This document shows, piece by piece, positions 49,153 through 58,403 of a DNA stretch of 64,000 bases. Each line of letters starts with the position of its first letter. The stretch's first letter is position 1. The stretch lies in NCBI GenBank assembly GCA_027484025.1, contig JAIXTI010000287.1, positions 5,137-69,136 of the forward strand. The letters are read 5' to 3'. The DNA comes from a bacterium. GTDB lineage: Bacteria > Gemmatimonadota > Gemmatimonadetes > Gemmatimonadales > Gemmatimonadaceae. The position numbers and the translations under genes are program-made. The notes beneath the pieces are model-generated. The model was not told the DNA's origin and did no database searches. It saw only the letters and a program-made list of their open reading frames with translations.

Positions 49153-49731
49153 TCAGTCATCGGCGAACAGTTCGCGCAGGGGCATTTCGAACCCCGGCAG
49201 TACGGAATCGCCGCGCAGCGTGTCACCGATCTCGAGCACCGAGATGCTGCCATCGGCGCGATACACCACGACCTGCTCACGATCGGGATCGATACTCCAC
49301 ACGAGCAGCGTCCCCGCTTCGAGCCAGGTGCCCACTTTGGTGATCACCGCACCGACCCGATCGCTGGGTGAGCGCACCTCAATGGCAAGATCGGGGGCGA
49401 ACGCCGGAAACCCATTGGGGATTGGCGCGGGGTGGCGCTCACGCGAGACGTAGGCGAGATCGGGCGCGCGGACAGTGTCCGGATTGCGGGCCAGCGTAAA
49501 GCCGGGGTCGAGCGTGGCGAGGCGGCCGCGCCTGGTGGCCCATCCATTCGCCTGCTGCTCCTTCGCCAGATGAATACCGAGCGCAGTGCCGAGCCGGAGG
49601 CCAACGTCGCCATGTCGAAAGCTCGCCGGTTCGCGTACCACGACCTGCCCGCGTACGAGCTCAACACGCTTGCCGGGTACGTGGTAGCCGACCAACTGTT
49701 CGGCCGTCATGACATCGGGAGCGGTAATCAT
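49153..49731 (-). CDS. Uma2 family PD-(D/E)xK endonuclease-like protein
   Basis: ELVRG, VRAPDLAY, PDLAIEV.SP, VWSIDP, VLPGF. Confidence 0.88.
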   Translation of the reverse strand: MITAPDVMTAEQLVGYHVPGKRVELVRGQVVVREPASFRHGDVGLRLGTALGIHLAKEQQANGWATRRGRLATLDPGFTLARNPDTVRAPDLAYVSRERHPAPIPNGFPAFAPDLAIEVRSPSDRVGAVITKVGTWLEAGTLLVWSIDPDREQVVVYRADGSISVLEIGDTLRGDSVLPGFEMPLRELFADD

Positions 49732-49808
49732 GCGGTGTCTCCGCCGTGACGATTGGGTTCGAGTCATTCCCAACGGTAGGTACGTACCGTCAGCGCACCG
49801 TCAGCACG

Positions 49809-50915
49809 TTACGACAAAAAGGTACGCTGTGCACGCGCCAACCGCTGCACCCCGTCGCGCAGCATATCGCTATCGTAGTGCGCAAAGCTGAGCCGCACCG
49901 TGTCGCCAAACTGGTCACCCGTCGCGAAGCGTGCACCCGCGTGAAACGCCACCCGCGCTTCGCGCGCGACGGGCAGGAGCTCCACCGCCGACACCCCCGG
50001 CAGCTGCATCCACACGAAGTACCCGCCGCTCGGTTCCACAAAGCGCGCCTCGGGAATGGCGTCGCGCAACGCCGCACAGAGCACGCGACTGCGCTCGGCG
50101 TACACCAGCTTCAGGTCGTCGAGCACGCGGTCGGCCATGCCGAGGATGATGAGACTGTGCACGACGCCCGACGTGAAGGGGTTGAGCCCGCCGCCACTCT
50201 GGACGAGCCCCGCCTGCATGATGCGCTCGAGCAGCGCCGGCGCGCCGTGTATCCAGCCAAGCCGCAGCCCGGGGGCGCAGATTTTTGAGAACGAGCCGAG
50301 CGAGAGCACGCGCGCATCGCTGGCATACATGGCCAGCGACGGCGGCGGCGGCGTACCGAAGTCGAGCAGCTGATACACCTCGTCGGCCACGACGAGCACG
50401 TCGTGCGCGGCGCAGGCCGCCAGCAGCCGCTCGCGTCGCGCTGCTGACAGCGTGATGCCGGTGGGATTCTGAAACGACGGAATCGTGTAGAGCAGCGCCG
50501 GCTGGTGTGTGGCCAGGGCATCGCGCAGCGCGTCGATCTGCATGCCTTCGTGGTCGATGGGAATACCCACCACACGCAGCCCGTGATCGCGGAAAATGTC
50601 GAGCGCAAGAAAGTACGTGGGCGCTTCGACGAAAATCGTGTCGCCGGGTTTGGTGAAGAGCGTGCAGCACAAGTCGAGCGCCTGCGAGTTGCCCGCGGTG
50701 GTCATGAGCTGTGACGCGCTCACCGGCATGGCATAGCGACGCGTGAGGAAGTCCGCGAGCGCGCTCAGAAACGGGGTTTCGCCCTGATCATCGCCGTAGC
50801 GCAACCAGCGTGGATTCTGCTGCGCCAAAAAGTGACTGCCTGCGGTGCGCAACGCTTCCGTCGGAAGCAGCGACAGCGACGGCTGGCCTTTGCCGAAGTC
50901 GATGAGAGGCGGCAC
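49809..50915 (-). CDS. PLP-dependent aminotransferase class I/II
   Basis: GGAG SD before GTG 50915; FQNPTG, ADEVY, SFSKICAPGLRLGW. Confidence 0.9.
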   Translation of the reverse strand: MPPLIDFGKGQPSLSLLPTEALRTAGSHFLAQQNPRWLRYGDDQGETPFLSALADFLTRRYAMPVSASQLMTTAGNSQALDLCCTLFTKPGDTIFVEAPTYFLALDIFRDHGLRVVGIPIDHEGMQIDALRDALATHQPALLYTIPSFQNPTGITLSAARRERLLAACAAHDVLVVADEVYQLLDFGTPPPPSLAMYASDARVLSLGSFSKICAPGLRLGWIHGAPALLERIMQAGLVQSGGGLNPFTSGVVHSLIILGMADRVLDDLKLVYAERSRVLCAALRDAIPEARFVEPSGGYFVWMQLPGVSAVELLPVAREARVAFHAGARFATGDQFGDTVRLSFAHYDSDMLRDGVQRLARAQRTFLS

Positions 50916-51038
50916 GGATGCTCCACAAATGAACACGGTGAGGATCTCTGCCAAGCTACACCGTGTCACAGCAGAACGGCGCCCCAACCGAAGTCGGGGC
51001 GCCGTGCGCTTTCCTACAGGACTCTTCCAGTGGTGCGC

Positions 51039-51527
51039 TTACATCACCGGCCGGTCATGCCCGCTGTCTTTGTCGGCCCGATGCTGATTGCGCAGATCGC
51101 GCACTTGATCGTGCGCCGCGCGGACGTCGTCGGCCTGGCGGACCACCAGCGGACGAAGCGTACTCGGCAGCGACTTTTCGAGGGCGGCGCTGTACGCCTT
51201 CTTGGCGTAGTCCTCGCCGCGCTCGCACTCGTCGAGAATGGACTGGTCGTCGTCGCTGGACAGCGCGGCTTTCACCGCCATCCACCCGCGATTCGCTGCG
51301 CCGGCAACGTGGCCGAGGTCGGCCGGCTTTCCGCCGAAGGTCTCGACCTGCACTTCGAGCTCATGCTTGAAGGCAGCGCGCTGTGACGAAAGCGTCGTGA
51401 ACAGCTGCTTGAGTTGCGGATCTTCCGCACGGTCGGCAGCGGTCTTGAAGCCCTGCTCGCCGTCACGACACGTTTCGATCAAATCGTTCACGACCGAAAT
51501 AGCGTCTTTGTTGATGTCGTCCGACAT
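51039..51527 (-). CDS. PA2169/DUF2383 four-helix-bundle protein
   Basis: LN/VN.LIETC.DGE.GF...A, GW..VK, ECERGED.A..AY. Confidence 0.88.
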   Translation of the reverse strand: MSDDINKDAISVVNDLIETCRDGEQGFKTAADRAEDPQLKQLFTTLSSQRAAFKHELEVQVETFGGKPADLGHVAGAANRGWMAVKAALSSDDDQSILDECERGEDYAKKAYSAALEKSLPSTLRPLVVRQADDVRAAHDQVRDLRNQHRADKDSGHDRPVM

Positions 51528-51666
51528 GGCTCTCCTGGTTGCAGTGAGTTGAGCGGGCGCGCGGGATACGCCCGCCGCTTCCACTGCAGGTGCAAGGCAC
51601 GAGCCAGCACCAGGAGACTTTGGTGAGATAGGACGCGCGGAACGTTTTCTACGGGGACAAGTCCCG

Positions 51667-52845
51667 TTACTTCGCCGCCTTGATCAACCGCTCCTGCACC
51701 GCGCGCAGCGGCAGCGTGGGTGCGCCGGTGATGTTCCACGCGTTGAACACCACGACCATGTCCTGATCGGGGAACGCCATGGGGAACTGCCCGCCAAAGC
51801 CCGAGCCGGCCCAGATGAGCTTGTCCTTCTGCACGGGATTGCTGTACAGCCACCACTTGTAGCCGTACTGCGGCGCACCGGCGCGCGTGCTGGTGGCGAT
51901 GTGCGGCGTGACCGATTCGCGCACCCACTGTTCAGACACAACGGTTGCACCGTTCCAGCGACCACCCTGCAACCACAGCTGCCAGATGCGCGCGAGGTCA
52001 CGCGCTTCGAGGTAGAGACCGCCCTCGGTATCGATGGTGCCCGACGGCGTGCGCTTCCACTGCCAGTTGGTAATGCCCAGTGGCGCAAACAGATGACGCG
52101 CGGCGTACTCCTCGATGTCCACACCGGTGGCGCGAAAGAAGATGTGCGCGAGCAGCGCGCTCTCACCGCTGCTGTAATTGAACTGTGTACCGGGTTCGCG
52201 CATCATGGGCCGGTCGATCGTGAACTTGACCCAGTCCGGGCTGGCCTCGAGTGCGCCCGCCGTGTTGCGCGGATCGCTGTACGGAATGCTTTCGTTCCAA
52301 TCGAAGCCGCCCGACATCGTGAGCAGGTGACGAATGGTGATGCGCCGCTTGCGATCATCGAGGTTCGCAACCGTGGTGGTGTCCCAAAACTTGAGAATGG
52401 GCGTGTTGATGTCCGGGAAGTCGCCGCGCGTGATGGCGGCACCAATGACCGCCGAGGCCACCGTCTTGGACACCGACTGCAACGTGTGCAGTGTGCCCCG
52501 CCGGTAGGTGGGGTGCCACCACGGGTTGAAATAGTTGAACGGGCCCGTGGGGTCGTGCGAGTTGTTGAGCGACGACGTCGAGCGCAACGAGTCGCCGTAG
52601 ATGCGGTCGTAGTCGCGCGCGTACGACTTATCCATCACGATGGTGCCGCGACGGATGACGAGCATGCGATCGATGTTGCCGTACTTCCCCGCCGTGATCT
52701 CGGCGTGCAGGCTATCGAGCACGGCGGCGTTGAGGCCAAGCTTTTGCGGCGTGGAGGTGGGCCACGTGAACGGCTTGGGCTGAGCGCCAAGCGACGAGGC
52801 CATGAGCAGCGCGAGCGCGGCGGCGGGGAGGGAGAGGCGGGTCAT
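51667..52845 (-). CDS. Serine hydrolase (beta-lactamase class C/NylB-like), exported
   Basis: SVSK (SxxK), IRHLLTM, PG..FNYSS, QYGY.WW, G.GGQ. Confidence 0.9.
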   Translation of the reverse strand: MTRLSLPAAALALLMASSLGAQPKPFTWPTSTPQKLGLNAAVLDSLHAEITAGKYGNIDRMLVIRRGTIVMDKSYARDYDRIYGDSLRSTSSLNNSHDPTGPFNYFNPWWHPTYRRGTLHTLQSVSKTVASAVIGAAITRGDFPDINTPILKFWDTTTVANLDDRKRRITIRHLLTMSGGFDWNESIPYSDPRNTAGALEASPDWVKFTIDRPMMREPGTQFNYSSGESALLAHIFFRATGVDIEEYAARHLFAPLGITNWQWKRTPSGTIDTEGGLYLEARDLARIWQLWLQGGRWNGATVVSEQWVRESVTPHIATSTRAGAPQYGYKWWLYSNPVQKDKLIWAGSGFGGQFPMAFPDQDMVVVFNAWNITGAPTLPLRAVQERLIKAAK

Positions 52846-52899
52846 GGCGGAGAATGTACAGGCGGGGCGGGGGGGCTGCTCTTTGCGCTATCTGCCTTT

Positions 52900-53069
52900 A
52901 CTGCCACTGCGGTTCGGGTTTGACCTGCTACTGCGGTTTTGGACTGCCACCGCGGTTCTGGACAGCCACGGCGGTTGGGGAACACTGCCGTTGGGGTTTG
53001 TGCGGAAGGCGCCGTCCGGCTTCGCCGGCTCGGCGCCTCTTTGGTGGTTGGGGTACTGCTACTGCGGTC
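52900..53069 (+). repeat. Degenerate 15-bp tandem repeats (ACTGCYACYGCGGTT) with embedded GC hairpin
   Basis: Units at 52900, 52924, 52943, 52962, 52984 (short) and 53055; hairpin at 53007-53038. Confidence 0.75.
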
Positions 53070-53074
53070 CTAAA

Positions 53075-53107
53075 GGGGTCAGAGTCCTTTTGCGATGTCG
53101 TTGAACG
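53075..53107 (+). repeat. GGGGTCAGAGTC element, half copy with core GTTGAACG
   Basis: Left arm plus core at the same offset as the 59791 copy; right arm absent. Confidence 0.75.
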
Positions 53108-53111
53108 CCGG

Positions 53112-53582
53112 TTACCGCAGTGTAAGCCGCACCCCTTGCAGCGGCTTCGGAGTCTCCGGCGCGGGAGCCGGTGCCCCCGTGGCATCAAACAGCTTGGCAT
53201 TTTCGGTGGCGGTGAGGGAATCGCCCTGCACCCTGATTTGCATCGTGAGCTCTAGGCGCCCCGTGTACTGATGCGTGGTGCGGTCGGCCGATAGCTCCAC
53301 CCATTTGGCTTCAATGCGGTCGCCCCGATTTATCCAGATGCCCTTGCCGTCACTGTCGCTGCTGCGCGCATTGCCGGCATCCGGATTGGCCTGCTGCATG
53401 GTGCCGTCGCCGTTGAACACGTACAGGTGGTGCGGAAACGGCGCGTTCGGGTCGTGCACCAGCCAGGTCCCCACGATCGGATGCACCGCGGCCGCGTGTT
53501 CGCGTTCGTCATCGCACCCCACCGCGCTCGTCGTGCCGACCAACAGCAGTGGGAAAATGACGAGCTTGCTGAATGAGCGCAT
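53112..53582 (-). CDS. Hypothetical lipoprotein
   Basis: Lipobox SAVGC; beta-rich body (IVGTW, F..DGT, G.G.W). Confidence 0.65.
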   Translation of the reverse strand: MRSFSKLVIFPLLLVGTTSAVGCDDEREHAAAVHPIVGTWLVHDPNAPFPHHLYVFNGDGTMQQANPDAGNARSSDSDGKGIWINRGDRIEAKWVELSADRTTHQYTGRLELTMQIRVQGDSLTATENAKLFDATGAPAPAPETPKPLQGVRLTLR

Positions 53583-53654
53583 GACGCAGCGGGTGTTGGG
53601 AATGGAAAGGGTGAACACTCCCACAACATACGGTGACGGCAGCGCGCTTGCCCC

Positions 53655-54962
53655 CTACACCCAGCTCCACCCCAGCGCCGCGATGCACGTCACCACGAGG
53701 GCGACACTGACCCACCCCAACCGGTTGGCCGACGGCGTGGCGCGCAACGGCCCCATGATCGTTGCGTCGGCGCTGAGTCGCATCAACGCAATCAGATGCA
53801 GCGGCAGCACCACCGCGTTGAGCACCTGACTCGAGTAGATGAGCGAGATCAGCGGCAGTCCGGGGAGCGACACGACACTCACCGCCGTCACCGTCAACGC
53901 CACAAACGCGGCGTAGAACCACTGGAAGTGCCGCGCATCGAGATCGAGCGACGCCGGCTCTCCGGCCCCCTCGGCGATCGAATAGGCCGTGGCGATGGGA
54001 ACGATGGCGGCAGCGAGCAGCGACGCACCCAGCAACCCGGCGCCGAAAAACACCGTGGCAAACGAGCCTGCCAGCGGACGCAACGCCGACGCGGCATCGG
54101 CGGCCGTTTCAATGCGCACTCCCGCCTGGTGCAGCGTCGCCGCACAGGCCACCGCGATCGCGAGCCCGATCACGCCCGTGAGCACCGACCCGATGATCAC
54201 GTCCCAGCGGGCAAAGCGCAGCGACTCCGTGGTGATGCGCTTGTCGACCGCATACGACTGAATGAACGCCAGCCCCCACGGCGCGAGCGTCGTGCCCAAG
54301 GACGCCGTGAGTGCCACCCAGCCGGCGTCGCTCGTGGGCAGACGCGGAATGAGCGCACCGGCAACGACCTCCGACCACACGGGCCGCGCGAGTACGCCAT
54401 CGACGATGTACAGCGCGAGCGTCGACGAAATCAGCAGCAGCACATGCTCGACGCGATGGAACGAGCCAAGCAGCACGACGAGCGTGATGAGCACCCCGGC
54501 CACCGGCGCACTGATCCACGCCGGCACCCCAATGAGCGACCCGGCGGCGGCAATGCCGGCGTACTCCGCACAGATGGTCCCGAAGTTCGCGAAGAGCAAC
54601 AGCACGACCGACAGATAGCCCCAGTTGCGTCCCCATTTCTCGCGGATGATGCCCACGAACCCCTTGCCGGTGGCCGCGCCAATGCGGACCGCCACCAGAT
54701 GGAACTGCACCAGCAGCACCGTCGAGAGGGGAATGATCCAGAGCAGCCGGTAGCCGTGATCGGCGCCAAGGACCGAGTACGTGGTGATGCCAGCCGGATC
54801 GTCGTCGGAGAGCCCCGCGAGCAAGCCGGGACCGAGCACCACCAGGAACGCCGCCAGCGCCGACGCCCCGGCCGCGCGCAGCGTGGCGAAGCGCGCCGAG
54901 AAACCGCGGCGCGTGTGCGCAACACCATGTGGGGTGACGTCCGGCGGCTCAGCGCGCTTCAA
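53655..54962 (-). CDS. SLC11/NRAMP-related divalent cation transporter (NRMT-like)
   Basis: GPGLLAG.SDDDPAGITTYS, GY.LLW, GTTLAPW...IQS, SQVLNAV.LP; about 11 TMs. Confidence 0.88.
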   Translation of the reverse strand: MKRAEPPDVTPHGVAHTRRGFSARFATLRAAGASALAAFLVVLGPGLLAGLSDDDPAGITTYSVLGADHGYRLLWIIPLSTVLLVQFHLVAVRIGAATGKGFVGIIREKWGRNWGYLSVVLLLFANFGTICAEYAGIAAAGSLIGVPAWISAPVAGVLITLVVLLGSFHRVEHVLLLISSTLALYIVDGVLARPVWSEVVAGALIPRLPTSDAGWVALTASLGTTLAPWGLAFIQSYAVDKRITTESLRFARWDVIIGSVLTGVIGLAIAVACAATLHQAGVRIETAADAASALRPLAGSFATVFFGAGLLGASLLAAAIVPIATAYSIAEGAGEPASLDLDARHFQWFYAAFVALTVTAVSVVSLPGLPLISLIYSSQVLNAVVLPLHLIALMRLSADATIMGPLRATPSANRLGWVSVALVVTCIAALGWSWV

Positions 54963-54976
54963 GGAGTCCGCTTCAA

Positions 54977-55096
54977 GGGGTCAGAGTCGTGGGCATCGCC
55001 GGAGGGTCGGGGGGCAACAAGGGGTCAGAGTCGTTTGCATGGCCGGAGGGTCGGGGGGCAACGAGGGGTCAGAGTCGTTTTTGGGGTCAGAGTCGT
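54977..55096 (+). repeat. Tandem array of four GGGGTCAGAGTCGT arms
   Basis: Arms at 54977, 55021, 55065 and 55083; two near-identical 44-bp units. Confidence 0.85.
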
Positions 55097-55642
55097 TTAC
55101 CGCGCTGGCTCCGCGCCGTCGCCCGGACGATCAATACGGTACAGCACGTGGGTGGACGGCGTACCGTGCACCACGAAATCATCTTCGCGTGCAAAAACAG
55201 CGCCGATTTTTTCGACGGCCTTCCGTGAGCGCCAGTTGGTTTTGCCAATGTGAAACCACACCGTGTCCACGTACTGAAAGGCGTAGTCGAGCATCAACCG
55301 CTTGAGCTCGCCGTTCGTCGTGCCGCCCCAATGCGTGCGCGCGAGGAACGTAAAGCCAATGCAGACCGAGCGCTCATCCGGTTTGCTCTCGTAGTAGCGC
55401 GAGGAGCCGATGATGCGCTCAGTGGCGCGATCGATGACCACGAAGGCGGAGCCCGACGCCAGCGCACTCGCAAAAAATCCGGCTTCGAAGACCGGGCGCA
55501 GGTAGCGCGTGGGCTCCGGATGAATCGCCCAGATCTCAGGGTCGGCCGCGGCCGCGTACAGCATCTCGAGATCGTCCGCGCGAAGCGGACGCACGAGCAG
55601 CGTCGGGCCGACGAGGGTCGGTTGCCAGTCAGGACTTTTCAT
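55097..55642 (-). CDS. GNAT N-acetyltransferase
   Basis: QPTL.G....RPL, IIGSSRYY, IGFTFL.R..WG...N.ELK.LML, N.RS.KAVEKIG. Confidence 0.9.
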   Translation of the reverse strand: MKSPDWQPTLVGPTLLVRPLRADDLEMLYAAAADPEIWAIHPEPTRYLRPVFEAGFFASALASGSAFVVIDRATERIIGSSRYYESKPDERSVCIGFTFLARTHWGGTTNGELKRLMLDYAFQYVDTVWFHIGKTNWRSRKAVEKIGAVFAREDDFVVHGTPSTHVLYRIDRPGDGAEPAR

Positions 55643-55654
55643 GGTGCTCGAACG

Positions 55655-56197
55655 CTACGGCTTCACCGCACTCCACGCCGGACACGGCGGTGCCGTCCCC
55701 GCGCCGCGCGGTGCGCCTTCGGGACGTGGCAGCGTATCGGTCACCTGCATGACTTCGACGTCGAAGATGAGTGTGGCACTGGGCGGAATCACCGGCGGGC
55801 GTCCCTTCTCCCCGTACCCCAGCTGATACGGAATGATGAGGCGACGCGCGCCGCCAACACGCATCCCTTCAAAGCCGGCATCCCACCCGGCAATGACGCG
55901 CCGGAACCCCTGCGGAAAACTGATGGGGTTCTTGGCCGCACCAGCGTTGGTCGTGTCGCGCGACGAATCGAACTTCTTGCCGTCGGTCGTCCACCCGGTG
56001 TAGTGCGCAAAAATGCAGCTCCCCGCTGTGACCGGTGCGCCGGTGCCGACGCGCGTATCGACGGCACTCAACGTAAAGAGCGCGCGCGGCTTGTCGTTCA
56101 CCGCGGGGATGGGTGCGGCGTACTTGGGTGCGCGGGCGCAGGCGGCAATCAGCAACGTCGTGAGCGACAGCGCGAGCGTTGTGGTGACGTGCTTCAT
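55655..56197 (-). CDS. FKBP-type peptidyl-prolyl isomerase, lipoprotein
   Basis: HYTGW..DG.KFDSS, VIAGWD.G..GM.VGG.R.L.IP..LGYG, IPP.ATL.FDVE; lipobox IAAC. Confidence 0.93.
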   Translation of the reverse strand: MKHVTTTLALSLTTLLIAACARAPKYAAPIPAVNDKPRALFTLSAVDTRVGTGAPVTAGSCIFAHYTGWTTDGKKFDSSRDTTNAGAAKNPISFPQGFRRVIAGWDAGFEGMRVGGARRLIIPYQLGYGEKGRPPVIPPSATLIFDVEVMQVTDTLPRPEGAPRGAGTAPPCPAWSAVKP

Positions 56198-56394
56198 GCG
56201 TCGTTCTCCACGCGCGCCGCCATGATCTCCGCTTTCTCCCGAAAGCTGACCGACGCGCCGCATTGCGTGCAGCAGTAGTTGCCAGTGCGCTCCCCCATGT
56301 CGTACTCCCGCGAGAAAGCAGGATGGGCGCACGGCTTGTCGCCCCACACCCGCTTGAGCTCAGTGGCCTTTTTCTTCTGCACGAATACCCTCAT
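56194..56394 (-). CDS. Small putative Zn-binding protein (66 aa)
   Basis: C.HP...YCCTQCG; ATGA overlap with the FKBP gene. Confidence 0.65.
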   Translation of the reverse strand: MRVFVQKKKATELKRVWGDKPCAHPAFSREYDMGERTGNYCCTQCGASVSFREKAEIMAARVENDA

Positions 56395-56468
56395 GGAGCG
56401 TGAGTGAGACGACCGCCGCCCAACGGAGGCGCGCCGCCAGCGAAAGCTAGCGGCACGCGCCGCCGCAG

Positions 56469-57359
56469 CTACTTCACCTGCTGCCGGAACAGCGCCACCG
56501 TGCGGTCCCACGCCAGCTTCGCCGCCGCAGCATCATAGCGCGGCGTCGTGTTGTTGTTGAAGCCGTGCTGCGTACCGGCATACAGGTGCCGCTCGTACTT
56601 CACGCCGGCGGCTTTGAGCGCCGCTTCGAACTCCGGCCAACTCGCGTTGATGCGCGGATCGTTCTCGGCCGACTGAATCATGAGCGGCGCCTTGATGTTC
56701 GGCACATCGGGCAGATTGGGCGCGGACCCGTAGAAGGCCACACCAGCCGACAAGTCGGCGCCGAGTTTGGTGGCGAGATAATTCACCATCCCACCGCCAT
56801 AGCAGAAGCCCACTGCGCCGATTTTTCCGGTGCACTCCGGGCGGGCCTTGAGGACGGCAGCGGCCGCCATGAAGTCTTCGCGCGTCTTGGCCTGATCGAG
56901 CTTGGGGAACAGCTCACGTGCCTTCTCTTCGTCGCCGGGATAACCACCAAGCGGGAACAGCGCGTCGGGAGCGAATGCCACGAAACCGTCGGTGGCCAGT
57001 CGACGCGCAATATCCTCGATGTGCGGATTGAGCCCGCGATTCTCGTGAATGACGAGGATGCCCGGTGCGCGGCCGCTGCCACTCGGCTTGGCGAGATACC
57101 CGCGCATCGTGCCGTAGCCGTTCGGCGACGCGTACTCGAGGTATTGCTGTTCGATGCGCGCATCGTCGTGCGCGACCGTCTGCGCCTCGAGAAACTTGGG
57201 GCTCAACTGTTCCAGCAACATCGCCGCCGTCACGCCGCCCACGGCATACTTGGCCGCACGATCGAGGAAGGTGCGACGGTCGATACCACCGTGCACGTAC
57301 GCGTCGAACAGGATGAGTAGATCCTGATCGAAATCGTGTGCGGACTTGTGCGGGTTCAT
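56469..57359 (-). CDS. Dienelactone hydrolase family protein (YghX-like)
   Basis: RRTFL twin-arginine-like segment, HENRGLNPHI.D, GFCYGG, HGF.N..TPRYD. Confidence 0.92.
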   Translation of the reverse strand: MNPHKSAHDFDQDLLILFDAYVHGGIDRRTFLDRAAKYAVGGVTAAMLLEQLSPKFLEAQTVAHDDARIEQQYLEYASPNGYGTMRGYLAKPSGSGRAPGILVIHENRGLNPHIEDIARRLATDGFVAFAPDALFPLGGYPGDEEKARELFPKLDQAKTREDFMAAAAVLKARPECTGKIGAVGFCYGGGMVNYLATKLGADLSAGVAFYGSAPNLPDVPNIKAPLMIQSAENDPRINASWPEFEAALKAAGVKYERHLYAGTQHGFNNNTTPRYDAAAAKLAWDRTVALFRQQVK

Positions 57360-57433
57360 GGGCGATCTCGAAGGGAGTGAGAAGGATGCGGAGTGGAACG
57401 CACGAGTGATCGCGAAGCGGGTGCTGCGGGATC

Positions 57434-57715
57434 TCAGCGCGCGCCCAAGGTGCGCACGGCCAGCGGGAGCACCTCGTTGCACCGGTGCGTGATGTTGCGT
57501 CCGGCCGAGTCTGGGAAGGAAGCGAAATCGACCGACATCGAATCGCGCCGCGTGAGCGCTTTGCCGTAGGCTTCGCGGCACTCGGCGGCGCTGTGCATAC
57601 CGTGCACCGGTGCCAGCGCCAACTTGCTCACCAGGACGACGATACCGAACACGAGCGCTACCACGCCGGTGCGACGCAGCAGGCGCGATGGAAGCGAAGC
57701 AGATGAGTCAAACAT
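57434..57715 (-). CDS. Hypothetical small membrane-anchored protein
   Basis: One TM segment; two Cys (ECREAY...RCNEV). Confidence 0.5.
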   Translation of the reverse strand: MFDSSASLPSRLLRRTGVVALVFGIVVLVSKLALAPVHGMHSAAECREAYGKALTRRDSMSVDFASFPDSAGRNITHRCNEVLPLAVRTLGAR

Positions 57716-57811
57716 GGATTCTCCCGCGTGACAGGACGCTGCAATCGATCGTGTCTGAACTCGGTTCAGGCCGAATTTGTCACATAGCGGCACGACTTGG
57801 CGAGGGGCAAA

Positions 57812-57866
57812 GGGGTCAGAGTCGTCGATTGGGCGTTCAACGAGTCCGCTCAACGACTCTGACCCC
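57812..57866. repeat. Complete 55-bp inverted-repeat element
   Basis: GGGGTCAGAGTCGT + 27 nt + ACGACTCTGACCCC. Confidence 0.9.
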
Positions 57867-57880
57867 TTGTGTTCCGCTCG

Positions 57881-58390
57881 TCACCGCGCGTGAAGCTCGC
57901 GAAGCACCTTCTGAATGAACGGCCCCTTCTCCACGGAGTATACGGCTTTGTCCCATTGTGTGGCGGCCGCCACGCGAAGCTTCTCGGCGCGGTAGTCACG
58001 TACGAGTTGTGGGTCGCTGCGCAACGCGTCACGAAACATCAGCTTCTCCACCCAGGCGGGCGCAGGTAGGATGTACAGGTGCAGCTGCACCGCTCGCCGG
58101 CCGTCCACGTCTTTCACGTAGTAGCGACGATCGGGATCATCGCCGTGCGGTCCGCGATAGGCATAGCCGAGCAGCTCGAGCGGCGCGATGCACGCGTTGG
58201 CGGCATGCTCGTTGGCTACGGCAACGGCGATGTCGAGCACAGGCTTTCCCAGAAGGCCCGGTACGGCCGTGCTGCCCACGTGCTCGATCGCGATGAGATG
58301 CGGAGCAGCGACCTGGCTGAGGCGCACCGCTTCGTCTGCGAAGCGGGCCGCCCACAGGCCATCGTGTTCAATGAGGCGGAGGAGTCCCAT
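57881..58390 (-). CDS. GrpB/UPF0157 nucleotidyltransferase-like protein
   Basis: IEHVGSTAVPGL..KP.LDI, LH.Y, FRD.LR, Y..EK. Confidence 0.88.
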   Translation of the reverse strand: MGLLRLIEHDGLWAARFADEAVRLSQVAAPHLIAIEHVGSTAVPGLLGKPVLDIAVAVANEHAANACIAPLELLGYAYRGPHGDDPDRRYYVKDVDGRRAVQLHLYILPAPAWVEKLMFRDALRSDPQLVRDYRAEKLRVAAATQWDKAVYSVEKGPFIQKVLRELHAR

Positions 58391-58403
58391 TGGTGGGAGA
58401 AAA

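Noticed and set aside
49153-49731. Uma2 nuclease as the mobiliser of the repeats or as a defence system
   Set aside because: Uma2 genes are common standalone paralogs. No repeat arm flanks this one and no methylase or partner is adjacent.
49752-49790. tRNA fragment (GGGTTCGAGTC)
   Set aside because: There is no acceptor, D or anticodon arm. It is only a short hairpin plus a GGTACGTACC palindrome between two genes.
52900-53069. CRISPR-like array
   Set aside because: The units are degenerate 15-mers separated by only 4-9 nt; there are no spacer-sized unique segments.
54977-55096. Mini CRISPR array
   Set aside because: The repeat is only 14 nt, the spacers are near-identical to each other (30, 30 and 4 nt), and there are no cas genes in the window.
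53796-55253. Long plus-strand ORF containing KGSES peptides
   Set aside because: Antisense shadow of the NRAMP-like gene; the KGSES/GVRV peptides are translations of the DNA repeat.
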